Assembly: GCA_965140585.1 (NCBI GenBank)
Contig: OZ223272.1
Span: 128,001 to 192,000, forward strand
Length of the DNA: 64,000 bases
From: Spirochaetia bacterium
Lineage (GTDB): Bacteria > Spirochaetota > Spirochaetia > UBA9216
Direction of reading: 5' to 3'
The notes under the pieces are model-generated. The model was not told the DNA's origin and did no database searches. It was given only the letters and a program-made list of their open reading frames with translations. Within the stretch, counting starts at the first letter, position 1. Each line of letters begins with the position of its first letter. Both the position numbers and the translations under genes were made by a program. Shown here piece after piece: positions 45,019 through 54,204 of this stretch.

Positions 45019-45585
45019 ATGATGATAAAAGCAGGACAAATTGATAAAGGAACCTTTCTCCTTCTGAAAGGATACCCCTACCTCGTTGCAGAGAGGGAAT
45101 TTGTAAACCCCGGTAAGGGCTCAGCCTTCGTCAGGCTGAAACTGAAGAACCTGATTGACGGTTCTGTTCTCAAAGAAACAATGAAAAGCCAGGACAACGT
45201 TGAAGATATTACAGTCGAAGACAAAGACTGTCAGTACCTCTACTCGGACGGTGAAAACTACCACTTCATGGACAATGAGACCTTCGAGCAGTTCGAAATA
45301 CCCGTCGTTACAATGCAGGAACAGGGCCTCTACATGAAAGACGGCGAAACTTACAAGGTAATCATCTACGATGGAAAACCGATTGATATCAAGATTCCAT
45401 ACAAAGTCGTATATGAAGTAACCGAGGCTGCTGAAGCACTCAAGGGCGATACTGTAACAGGTGCAACCAAGGTTGTAACAGTTGAAACAGGCCTTAAAGT
45501 AAAAGTACCCATCTTCATCAAACAGGGCGAAAGAATCCTTGTTAACACCGAAACCGGGGAGTATGTAGAACGGGTAAACAACTAA
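45019..45585 (+). CDS. efp: Elongation factor P
   Basis: PGKGSAFVR, YLY, FMD, GDT, ETG, VPIFI, GEYVER. Confidence 0.97.
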   Translation: MMIKAGQIDKGTFLLLKGYPYLVAEREFVNPGKGSAFVRLKLKNLIDGSVLKETMKSQDNVEDITVEDKDCQYLYSDGENYHFMDNETFEQFEIPVVTMQEQGLYMKDGETYKVIIYDGKPIDIKIPYKVVYEVTEAAEALKGDTVTGATKVVTVETGLKVKVPIFIKQGERILVNTETGEYVERVNN

Positions 45586-45629
45586 AGTTCGACAACAAAT
45601 ACATTAACCGGATAGCTGAATCAAAGTTT

Positions 45630-46787
45630 ATGGGAGAGAAGCTGCGTTTTTATCTCTCTCATGGACTGTTCAGCAGCTTCAGTATCGATGCCGGAACAAT
45701 GCTGCTTTTAAAAACTGTAGCCCAGCATCTGAATCCTGAAAATTATACTTCCATACTTGATTCCGGCTGCGGCACCGGAGTCATTGCAATAAGTCTTAAA
45801 AAGAAATTTCCCCTTCTTCAGGTTACAGCATCCGATCGCGATGCTCTTGCCCTGCAGTTTACATCAATGAACACAAAACTCAACGGCATGCCTGCAGACA
45901 GTATCAGCATAATTCCCGGTCTTCTTCCAGGCAGCCTTGAATCTGAAGAGAAACAGGACGGCAGATACGATCTTATTCTATCCAATATTCCTGCGAAGGC
46001 CGGAAATCCGGTTATTGCCGATTTCATTCAGAACTGCGGCTATCACCTTAATAATGACGGAATTGCAGCAGTTGTAATAGTTGAGCCGCTGAGTGATTTT
46101 ACAGAGAATGAAATCAAGGCTTGCGGAGCCGAACTGCTCTACAGCGAAAAAACTCCTCAATATACGGTATTTCATTTCAAACCTGCAGATCTATACCGTA
46201 ACAGAACCAGGACGCTTTCCTTTGAAAAACTTTACGGCCGAACTGTTTCAGGCAGCGGATTCACGGGTTTCTACGGACTTCCCGAATTCGACTCGGTTTC
46301 CTATGCTTCGGAACTCCTTATTGATACATTAAAGGATTCAGCAAGGGCAGGTAAAATCCTGTTCTGGAACCCCGGTCAGGGTCATATTACATCAGCTTAT
46401 TCAGCCCTGAACGGTACGGAGAACGCCGAAATTATACTTGCCGGAAACGATCTTCTCCAGTTAAAGGCAGCTGCTTTTAATCTTGGAGAACGTAAATCAT
46501 CAAACCTTCATCTTCCTGTATACTCTGAACTTTCAATGCACCCGGGGTTTGAAGGCAGCATAAAGGAAATCGCTGCTGTTCCGCTATTTGTACCAGGAGC
46601 AGATGCGGAAGCTGAAATAATTGAAACATCCTTAAAAATACTTTCTCCGGGCGGAAAATTGATCATCGCCGGCAAAAGCTCAGATATGGCAAAAATTGAA
46701 AGGGTGAAAGGCAGTTTCAGCATTATTTTCAGCAGAAAATACCGCGGATTCAGAGTAATGGTGCTAAAATCCCGACCAAACCGATAA
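45630..46787 (+). CDS. Class I SAM methyltransferase, RsmC-like tandem domains
   Basis: GLFSS...DAGT.LLL, LDSGCGTG, DRDALAL, SNIP; degenerate second domain; true start may lie upstream. Confidence 0.75.
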   Translation: MGEKLRFYLSHGLFSSFSIDAGTMLLLKTVAQHLNPENYTSILDSGCGTGVIAISLKKKFPLLQVTASDRDALALQFTSMNTKLNGMPADSISIIPGLLPGSLESEEKQDGRYDLILSNIPAKAGNPVIADFIQNCGYHLNNDGIAAVVIVEPLSDFTENEIKACGAELLYSEKTPQYTVFHFKPADLYRNRTRTLSFEKLYGRTVSGSGFTGFYGLPEFDSVSYASELLIDTLKDSARAGKILFWNPGQGHITSAYSALNGTENAEIILAGNDLLQLKAAAFNLGERKSSNLHLPVYSELSMHPGFEGSIKEIAAVPLFVPGADAEAEIIETSLKILSPGGKLIIAGKSSDMAKIERVKGSFSIIFSRKYRGFRVMVLKSRPNR

Positions 46788-46865
46788 ATAATACCTTTAT
46801 TATTTGGACTTATTACCTTATAATTTTTCATAATCTAAAAAGGTCAGGCTAAGGAGACTTTTCAA

Positions 46866-47288
46866 ATGAGAATAACAACTAAGGGAAGATACGGATTACG
46901 GGCAATCCTGAAACTGGCGGAGCAGGAAGACGGAAAACCTGTTTCAATCAGCTCAATTGCCGCCGAAGAAGATATTTCACCGGAGTTCCTTGAGCAGATT
47001 TTTTATAAAATGAAAAAATCAGGAATAATAAAATCTACCAGAGGCCCCGGAGGCGGATTCAGTCTTTCAAGACCGGTAGATCAGATTACAATTGAAGATT
47101 TACTTATTTCGGTCGGAGAACCTGTCATGCTGACACCCTGCTCAACAGATGACTGTAAAAAAGACTGTGACAGAACCGAAAATTGTAAGGCCTACACAAT
47201 ATGGAATGATATAAGCGATCATATCAATGAATATTTCAGAACACTTACAATAAAAGATATAATCGAAAAAAACCTTGCTAAAGTCTAA
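46866..47288 (+). CDS. Rrf2-family transcriptional regulator (IscR/CymR-like)
   Basis: ITTKGRYGLR, FLEQI, STRGPGGGF, Cys cluster PC...C...C.....C. Confidence 0.9.
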   Translation: MRITTKGRYGLRAILKLAEQEDGKPVSISSIAAEEDISPEFLEQIFYKMKKSGIIKSTRGPGGGFSLSRPVDQITIEDLLISVGEPVMLTPCSTDDCKKDCDRTENCKAYTIWNDISDHINEYFRTLTIKDIIEKNLAKV

Positions 47289-47337
47289 GCCGGATTTTTT
47301 TTGTTGATATAAATCGATATCGTATTAAAATTAAGTT

Positions 47338-48441
47338 ATGAGCTTCCTAATAGGGATTGAGATTGATAATAGTCATGTAGCCTGGATGCACTCGCCTGAC
47401 GGAAAGGGTAAATCCAGACTCAATCTCACAACACTTTCAGATTATCAGCATACCGCGATTCTGAATTTCTATGTGAAAACCGACTCCAGAAAAATCAGAC
47501 TCATTTCTGAAACTATAAATAATATTCCGCCGGCAAAGGCAGGTGATCCCCTTATAACTGTAGAATCCGAACTTGTTAAGAGACGGATGAACTACAGCAT
47601 TTATCTGAACAACAGGTTTATCCGCAAATCAACAGTAAAAATCCCAAAGGAAGCAGTAAAAAAAGACAGATCGGTCATTATTCCGGTATCTATTGCTGCA
47701 GTTATCATTCTGCTTCTATTTGCACTTTTTTTACTTCCTGTAAGCCCATTAAGTATTTTTTCTTCCGACAGTATATTTTCTGCAGGAAGAAACCGCAGTT
47801 CAGTATCTGAAACCAGAAAGCAGGCTCAAACTTCTATTCCTGACCGGAAAATTGAGGATACAACACCAGCGACAGCTAAGCCGGCAGTTACAAAACCTGA
47901 AATATCAAGAACTGCAGAGGAAAAAACTGCCGAAGCAGAGCAGCTGGGCCGGCAGCAGACTTCTCCTGAAAAAACTGAAGAAGCTCCAGTGATTACACAG
48001 GAGAAACCGACGGAAGAACCCGCAACAGCTCCGGAACCGGCCCCGCCCGTCCCTGTAACAATAGTAATTGACAAGCAGCTCACCGTAAATTTCCTGCCGG
48101 ATAATGCAGATTTGACAGCAGAGGCCAGGAATAAGATAATTGAATTTGTAAAGCAGTTACCTACCGGGGACAATACCGACCTTGATATGATTCAGATTGA
48201 TATTACAGGACATTGCGCAAGGTTTGGAACAGAAAGCGGGCGAGTTGAGCTCAGTGAAGCAAGAGCCGCCAACACAAGAGAATTCCTGCTTTCAATATGG
48301 AAGGTTCCAACCGATGCAAAGATCGAAGGATATGGAGCAGCACGGCCTGTGACCATGGAAAAGGATAAACAGTATCTGAACCGACGGGCCGAAATACACA
48401 TTACCGGGAGCGTGACTGAAGAACCAATAAAACAAGACTAA
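47338..48441 (+). CDS. Membrane protein: Hsp70-SBD-like N-terminus, TM, P/T/E linker, OmpA-like peptidoglycan-binding domain
   Basis: NF.PD.A.L, ITGH, LSEARA, GYGA..P, NRRAEI; N-terminal TTLSDYQ and IPPAKAGDP. Confidence 0.75.
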   Translation: MSFLIGIEIDNSHVAWMHSPDGKGKSRLNLTTLSDYQHTAILNFYVKTDSRKIRLISETINNIPPAKAGDPLITVESELVKRRMNYSIYLNNRFIRKSTVKIPKEAVKKDRSVIIPVSIAAVIILLLFALFLLPVSPLSIFSSDSIFSAGRNRSSVSETRKQAQTSIPDRKIEDTTPATAKPAVTKPEISRTAEEKTAEAEQLGRQQTSPEKTEEAPVITQEKPTEEPATAPEPAPPVPVTIVIDKQLTVNFLPDNADLTAEARNKIIEFVKQLPTGDNTDLDMIQIDITGHCARFGTESGRVELSEARAANTREFLLSIWKVPTDAKIEGYGAARPVTMEKDKQYLNRRAEIHITGSVTEEPIKQD

Positions 48442-48451
48442 GGAGTTTTTT

Positions 48452-49735
48452 ATGCAGAAGAATGTGGGATTTGTTTCTTTCCGGATAGCAGGAACAGATG
48501 GAGTAAGCCTGGAAATTGCAAAATGGGCTGATGTTTTTGAGAGAAACGGCTGGACCTGTTATTACTTTGCGGAAGAACTGGACACACCTGCCGAAAGATC
48601 CTTCGTATCCAAATACGCACATTTCAAAAATCCTGTTATAGACGAAATCAACAAGAAGATATACGGACGCTCAGTAAGAGATCCGGAACTTACAGCAAAG
48701 ATACATCATTACCGAAAACGTATCAAAGAAGAACTCTATCAGTTTGTAGAAAAATTCAATATTGATCTTCTTATTCCCCAGAATGCGGTTACCATACCGC
48801 TGAATATCTCACTTGCTCTGGCTATTACCGAAATGATCGGTGAAACCGGAATAAAAACAATTGCCCATCATCATGACTTCTTCTGGGAAAGAAAAAGATT
48901 CCTTCGAAACTGTGTCTGGGATTACTTCAATATGGCTTTTCCTCCGCATCTGCCTTCAATTGAGCATGTCGTTATCAATACATCCGGCCAGAACCAGCTG
49001 GCACTACGTACCGGAATTTCATCAACCCTGATTCCTAATGTCATGGATTTCAACAAGCCTGCACCGGGAATTGATGACTATAATAAGGATATGAGGGAGG
49101 CTCTGGGGATAAGTGATGATGAGATACTTATTCTGCAGCCAACCAGGGTAGTTCAGCGAAAGGGTATTGAGCATGCTATAGAACTGGTAAGCAGGCTGGG
49201 TGAAAAAGCGGTATTCGTAATCTCACACGCATCAGGTGATGAAGGCCATGAATATGAAAACCGGGTCAGGGAATACGCGAACCTGATGAAAATCAAAGCC
49301 ATATTTGTTTCCGATCTCATTGCTGAAAAACGAGAAATAAAAGATGGTAAAAAGATCTACACCCTGCAGGATATTTATCCGCATGCCGATTTTGTAACCT
49401 ACCCCTCACTTATCGAAGGATTTGGAAATGCATTCCTTGAAACCCTTTACTTTAAGAAACCTATTCTTGTTAACAATTATTCTATCTACTTCACTGATAT
49501 AAAGCCCAAGGGATTCGATGTCATAGAAATGGATGACTTTATAACAGACGAAACAGTAAAACGGGTTAAGGAAATCCTGACAGATGAAGAAAAACGGAAA
49601 ACGATGGTCGAAACCAACTTTGATCTTGCAAGATGCTTCTATTCATATGAGGTGCTCGAGGAGAAGCTTTTGGATCTGATCACAAGGTTCTGGGGCGCAA
49701 ATCAGGCATGTTCCTGCAGCGATAATAATTCTTGA
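48452..49735 (+). CDS. GT4 glycosyltransferase, mannosylglucosylglycerate synthase (MggS)-like
   Basis: RIAGTDGVSLE..KW, HHHDFFWER, IPNVMDF, QPTRVVQRKGIE, EGFGNAFLE. Confidence 0.75.
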   Translation: MQKNVGFVSFRIAGTDGVSLEIAKWADVFERNGWTCYYFAEELDTPAERSFVSKYAHFKNPVIDEINKKIYGRSVRDPELTAKIHHYRKRIKEELYQFVEKFNIDLLIPQNAVTIPLNISLALAITEMIGETGIKTIAHHHDFFWERKRFLRNCVWDYFNMAFPPHLPSIEHVVINTSGQNQLALRTGISSTLIPNVMDFNKPAPGIDDYNKDMREALGISDDEILILQPTRVVQRKGIEHAIELVSRLGEKAVFVISHASGDEGHEYENRVREYANLMKIKAIFVSDLIAEKREIKDGKKIYTLQDIYPHADFVTYPSLIEGFGNAFLETLYFKKPILVNNYSIYFTDIKPKGFDVIEMDDFITDETVKRVKEILTDEEKRKTMVETNFDLARCFYSYEVLEEKLLDLITRFWGANQACSCSDNNS

Positions 49736-49755
49736 CAATTTTTGTAAGTTTTTTC

Positions 49756-49784
49756 TTGACATATTAGCCATAACTAACTATATT
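49756..49784 (+). promoter_or_regulatory. Near-consensus sigma70 promoter
   Basis: TTGACA-N17-TATATT. Confidence 0.7.
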
Positions 49785-49818
49785 ATACATATAGAAATCA
49801 GGTATACGGAGGTTAGTT

Positions 49819-49983
49819 ATGACTGATAAAGATAGAATGAAAGAACTTCTTGAACACAGCTTGTTAATGCCTTTCGTTGGTAGTTCACCATTTCATGGTG
49901 AGCCTGAGAAATATCGAAAATTTAAAAGTTCTAAAGAAGGAATTCCTGAATACCCTGCCATGGGATTTACACTTTACGGGTAG
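49819..49983 (+). CDS. Small 54-aa protein missed by the ORF track
   Basis: GGAGG SD at 49808-12; MTDKDRMKELLEHSLLMPFVGSSPFHGEPEKYRKFKSSKEGIPEYPAMGFTLYG; own promoter and terminator. Confidence 0.65.
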   Translation: MTDKDRMKELLEHSLLMPFVGSSPFHGEPEKYRKFKSSKEGIPEYPAMGFTLYG

Positions 49984-50021
49984 GAATTCTAATTGAGTCC
50001 ATCCGACCCTCTCTCCTCCTG

Positions 50022-50056
50022 AGACAGGCTGTTGTCAGCAGCCTGTCTTTTCTTTT
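50022..50056 (+). terminator. Intrinsic terminator
   Basis: AGACAGGCTG-N7-CAGCCTGTCT followed by TTTCTTTT. Confidence 0.75.
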
Positions 50057-50066
50057 ATACAGACAT

Positions 50067-52355
50067 TTATTTGAAGAGAGCCTCGGCTTCTTTAACGGTT
50101 TTTGCATAGAGGGCCTGTGACATGAAGGCGTTACAGTCATCGAGAGTCCAGCCTGAAATCATATTTTTCAGTTCAGGAATGCGCAGCGGGTCGACGCTTA
50201 CTTTTCTGATCCCCAAGCCTATTAGATATTTTAATATTCCCGGTTCACCGGCAGCCTCGCCGCATACTGAAAGTTCTGTACCGGCAGCAAGAGCACCCTC
50301 GGTTATTCTTTTCAGTGAGCGTAGAATTGCAGGGTGGCAGGGCTTGAACATTCCTCTGACCATTTCATTTGTACGGTCTACTGCCAGAGTATACATAATA
50401 AGGTCATTGGTACCTATGCTCAAAAAATCCGCAGCTTCGGCAAGATCGTCAATAGCCTCAACGGCAGCCGGGAGCTCAACCATCGCGCCCAGTTCCGGAC
50501 TTAGGTTTGCGGGAGCTCCATCATTTTTAAGAAGATCGATGCACTTTTCGACAAGCCCCTTGGCCTCCAGAAATTCGTCAACACTTGAAACCATGGGAAA
50601 CATAATCTTAAGTTTGAACCCCTCTCCGGCCCTGAGCATTGCGCGAATCTGGTCCTGAAACAGTTCAGGATGGCCGAGTGAAAAACGTATTCCGCGAAAG
50701 CCAAGAAAGGGGTTGGCTTCGGAAGTGTTGGATGCATATCCGGGAATCTTATCGCCTCCGATATCAAGTGTCCGAAGAATGCACTCACGGCCTTCGGCAC
50801 GCTGGAGTATTTTACGGTAAATACGGCACTGTTCTTCTTCTGAAGGAAATTCATTTCTAATTATAAAGGGAAATTCACTTCTGTAGAGACCGACTCCTTC
50901 AGCCTTAACATTGACTGCGGTTTTTATATCATGAGTTATATTTATATTTGCAAAAACCTTAATTCGCTCACCATCAGCAGTAAAGGTCTGCTCAGGTATT
51001 GCAGAGAAATCTTCAAAAGCCTTTTTACCAAGCCTTGTCGCATAACTTTCCACAATGTCTCTGGACGGATTAACGTGTAGAAGCCCCATTCGGGTATCCA
51101 TAAAAAGCTCGGAACCTCCCGGAATGGATAGTACACGTCGGTCTCCGGTAATAAGCATGGGAAAACCCAAAGATCTTGCAAGAATGGAAATATGAGCTGT
51201 AATACCCATTCCGTAGAGAACAAGGCCCTGTGAACGCTGAAGCCAGATCTTCACCAGTTCGGAAGGGAAAATATCTTCGGCTATTACTATATTGTGAGAA
51301 TAATCCGCGTGATCCAGTGATTCTCCGTAAAGGTTAGCCAGAAGCCGGTGTTCAAGATCACGGAGATCCTGAACCTTTTCCTGAATACCGGGCAGGTCGG
51401 ACTTCTCAAATATATCGGAATACTGTGAAACAATCCTGCGCACGGATTCATCAGCCTTGAAACCAGCTTCAATAAGCTGTCTCATCTGGCCTGTAAAATT
51501 ATCGTCACGGAGCATCAGAAAGTGTGCAGTAAAGATCATTCCCGCCACATCTGCAAGAGATTCATCTATCGAAGACTGCAGCTCTTCAAGCTGGTTCATT
51601 GACAGCTCAAGGGCTCTGTCAAAGGCTGTAAGATTTACATCTGTACAGCAGGTGTCATCTTCACTGTCCCTGCAGCTCTGCAGTTTATCACCGGGAACAA
51701 GTGATTGATAACTCACATTACTCTGGGCCCTTCTGACATTCAGCAGAAAGGCTTCTCCCCGGACGGTTCCCGTTGAAGCTCCGGTTCCCCTTATACTCAG
51801 ATTGTAAAATTCACTTGAAAGATCTTTTTTTGCCGCAGAAAGACTCATCAGCCATTCTGAGTTTTCAATTGAAGCAGCAAGCTGTGAGGCGATAGCTTTC
51901 AGAGCGGCAGTATCACGCCGGCTGAAGTAGTTAGGTTCACGGTGCTGAATTGTAATCACACCGATCCTGTTAAGACCTTTTCGTATGGGTACAGCAAGAA
52001 AGGCTTCAAACTGTTCCTCATATATATCCTGAAAGAATTTAAAGTTCGGATTTTTTGACGCGCTGGCTTCCCTGATTGGTCTCAGTTCCTGAAGGGCAGT
52101 TCCGGTTATCCCCTCACCCATCTTGAGCCTTACAGCCCCGATCGATGAGGGAGACAGGCCTACTGTTGCACGCAGTACGAGTTCTTCAGACTTATTATCA
52201 TACAAATAAATGGAGCATACGTCAGCGCTCATATGCTCCGCAACCATCTCTACAATATCCTGCAGGAGGTTTGAAAGACTGCTTTTTTTATCAAAAACCG
52301 AGGCAAGCTCAGCTGTACTTACAATAAGATCAATATTATCTCTTCTTCCATTCAT
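50067..52355 (-). CDS. ptsP: GAF-domain PEP-protein phosphotransferase (EI-Ntr type)
   Basis: N-terminal GAF (VCSIYL, GEGITG); TAHISILAR phospho-His; GVGLYRSE, RTLDIGGDK, SIGTNDL, VCGE. Confidence 0.92.
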   Translation of the reverse strand: MNGRRDNIDLIVSTAELASVFDKKSSLSNLLQDIVEMVAEHMSADVCSIYLYDNKSEELVLRATVGLSPSSIGAVRLKMGEGITGTALQELRPIREASASKNPNFKFFQDIYEEQFEAFLAVPIRKGLNRIGVITIQHREPNYFSRRDTAALKAIASQLAASIENSEWLMSLSAAKKDLSSEFYNLSIRGTGASTGTVRGEAFLLNVRRAQSNVSYQSLVPGDKLQSCRDSEDDTCCTDVNLTAFDRALELSMNQLEELQSSIDESLADVAGMIFTAHFLMLRDDNFTGQMRQLIEAGFKADESVRRIVSQYSDIFEKSDLPGIQEKVQDLRDLEHRLLANLYGESLDHADYSHNIVIAEDIFPSELVKIWLQRSQGLVLYGMGITAHISILARSLGFPMLITGDRRVLSIPGGSELFMDTRMGLLHVNPSRDIVESYATRLGKKAFEDFSAIPEQTFTADGERIKVFANINITHDIKTAVNVKAEGVGLYRSEFPFIIRNEFPSEEEQCRIYRKILQRAEGRECILRTLDIGGDKIPGYASNTSEANPFLGFRGIRFSLGHPELFQDQIRAMLRAGEGFKLKIMFPMVSSVDEFLEAKGLVEKCIDLLKNDGAPANLSPELGAMVELPAAVEAIDDLAEAADFLSIGTNDLIMYTLAVDRTNEMVRGMFKPCHPAILRSLKRITEGALAAGTELSVCGEAAGEPGILKYLIGLGIRKVSVDPLRIPELKNMISGWTLDDCNAFMSQALYAKTVKEAEALFK

Positions 52356-52375
52356 ACGGAAGATATAATATCAGA

Positions 52376-54094
52376 TTATTCACGAATCAGCCACAAAACT
52401 TCCCATGGTTCAAGTAAAATATTTTCACCGTTAAACCTGCTGCTTCCCGGCAGAAAAGCCGTATCGGTAATTATATCACGCATAGCAGAGTGCCCAATCT
52501 TCTGCTCCTGCTGCTTTGATGAAAGGTTTACAAGACAGAGAACCTTTTCACCTTTTTCATCAGATTCCCGCTCAAAAGCGAGTACAGATTCGGCTGAACT
52601 TACAATATTGAAGGCTGATGATGGATGAAAGGCCATATTCTGACGTCTGGCCGCAAGCATTCTCCGGTATCCGCTGAAAACAAGGGCTCTGAAAGATGCA
52701 GGATCGGCAAGCTCTGCAGTAACTTCATCAAAATCAAGCTTCTGCCTGTTTATGGTCCGGTTCATTCCGGTTACAGACACGCCTTCTTTCCAGTTGCCTG
52801 ATCCTATCAGACTATGTACATAGATTCCGGGAACTCCCGGAAATCCGAGAAGGATTGACTGTGAAGCAAGAAATTTCCGGGAACGTGAGTCTGCAGGAAG
52901 ATTTTTTTCCGCAACCGCGTCACAGTAGTTTACATTCATTTCATAGGGAATATCCCCGGTAGCTGTAGCTTTGTAAGAAATAAGGCCGCCCCTGTTTTTA
53001 ACACTGGCGATCAGCCCGTCAAGTTCATCCTCAGTCAGTATGCCCCTGGCAGGAAGAACCCCTACTCCGTCATGAGAAGCAAGAAAGTTGAAATAGGTAG
53101 TTCTGCCGTCAGGCGGCGGAAGCTCAGAAGCCCAGGCCTTCAGATGACCAGAGTCCTCCCTTAGAAAGGCGTCAAGAACCATCGGCGGAAGGGCAAACTG
53201 GTAGATCATCTGGGCTTCGTCGGTGCCGTTACCGAAATATGAGATGTTTTCCTTGTGGGGAACATTGGTTTCAGTAATAATTACAACCCAGGGTACAAAC
53301 TCATCAACAACAGCCCTGAAAAGCTGTACAGCTGCGTGCGTTTTAGGATGGTGCAGACATGAGTGGCCAAGTTCCTTCCACAGATAGGCGATAGCATCGA
53401 GTCTGATAACCTGAATGCCCTTCTGAACGTGAAACAGAAAAACGTCAATCATCTCAAGCATGATATCGGGATTTCCGAAATTCAAATCGACCTGATCGGC
53501 ACTGAAGGTTGTCCATACATGCTTTTTACCCTCTGCGGTGTCGAAGGCCGTCAGCAGAGGCAAAGCCCTCGGACGGAAAACCATCGACACATCAGTATCT
53601 TCCGGGACATCAATAAAGTACTCTTTGTATTTGCCATCACAGGCCAGGTAGGACTTAAACCATTCAGAGCTTGCAGAGCAGTGGTTAAGCACCAGATCGC
53701 TCATCAGTTTAAAGTTTTTACCGATCCCTTCCACGTCATCCCAGTCTCCCCAGTCAGGATTAACTTCCATATAGTCGACTATTGAAAATCCGTCATCAGA
53801 TGTATACGGAAAAAATGGCAGTATATGAACACCGGAAAGAAAGTCGGAAGTTTCCTGTTTAAAAAACTCACCCAGAGTCTTCATATGCGACTGGCCTTTC
53901 TTCTGAAACTGGTCCCCGTAGGTAATTACAAAAGCATCCTTCTCATCAAGCGGCAGAAGTCCCGTACCACAGTTGGAAGGTTTTTCGATGTTTGTCATTC
54001 GACGGGACACAAGAGCTTCAAGGCGGTTTTCTGTTTCTTTCCCGACATCTTCACCATAGATAAATGTTAAAAGTTCTCTTATCTTTGTATTCAT
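52376..54094 (-). CDS. GH13_18 sugar phosphorylase, glucosylglycerate-phosphorylase-like
   Basis: ITYGD, SDDGF, WTTFS.DQ, RLDA, ITETNVP, SHDGVG, PYEMN, R.INR. Confidence 0.85.
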   Translation of the reverse strand: MNTKIRELLTFIYGEDVGKETENRLEALVSRRMTNIEKPSNCGTGLLPLDEKDAFVITYGDQFQKKGQSHMKTLGEFFKQETSDFLSGVHILPFFPYTSDDGFSIVDYMEVNPDWGDWDDVEGIGKNFKLMSDLVLNHCSASSEWFKSYLACDGKYKEYFIDVPEDTDVSMVFRPRALPLLTAFDTAEGKKHVWTTFSADQVDLNFGNPDIMLEMIDVFLFHVQKGIQVIRLDAIAYLWKELGHSCLHHPKTHAAVQLFRAVVDEFVPWVVIITETNVPHKENISYFGNGTDEAQMIYQFALPPMVLDAFLREDSGHLKAWASELPPPDGRTTYFNFLASHDGVGVLPARGILTEDELDGLIASVKNRGGLISYKATATGDIPYEMNVNYCDAVAEKNLPADSRSRKFLASQSILLGFPGVPGIYVHSLIGSGNWKEGVSVTGMNRTINRQKLDFDEVTAELADPASFRALVFSGYRRMLAARRQNMAFHPSSAFNIVSSAESVLAFERESDEKGEKVLCLVNLSSKQQEQKIGHSAMRDIITDTAFLPGSSRFNGENILLEPWEVLWLIRE

Positions 54095-54204
54095 ATTTAA
54101 AGTTTAACGGATACGGGTAGAAAATCAACTCATTATTGCAGCCTGTGCATAAACAGCTTGTAATTTAACCTGATATTAATTTAGAATCGGAAGCGGAGGA
54201 GCTT

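Noticed and set aside
45570-45590. Programmed -1 frameshift fusing EF-P to the methyltransferase
   Set aside because: G GTA AAC is not a canonical slippery heptamer and no stimulatory structure is evident
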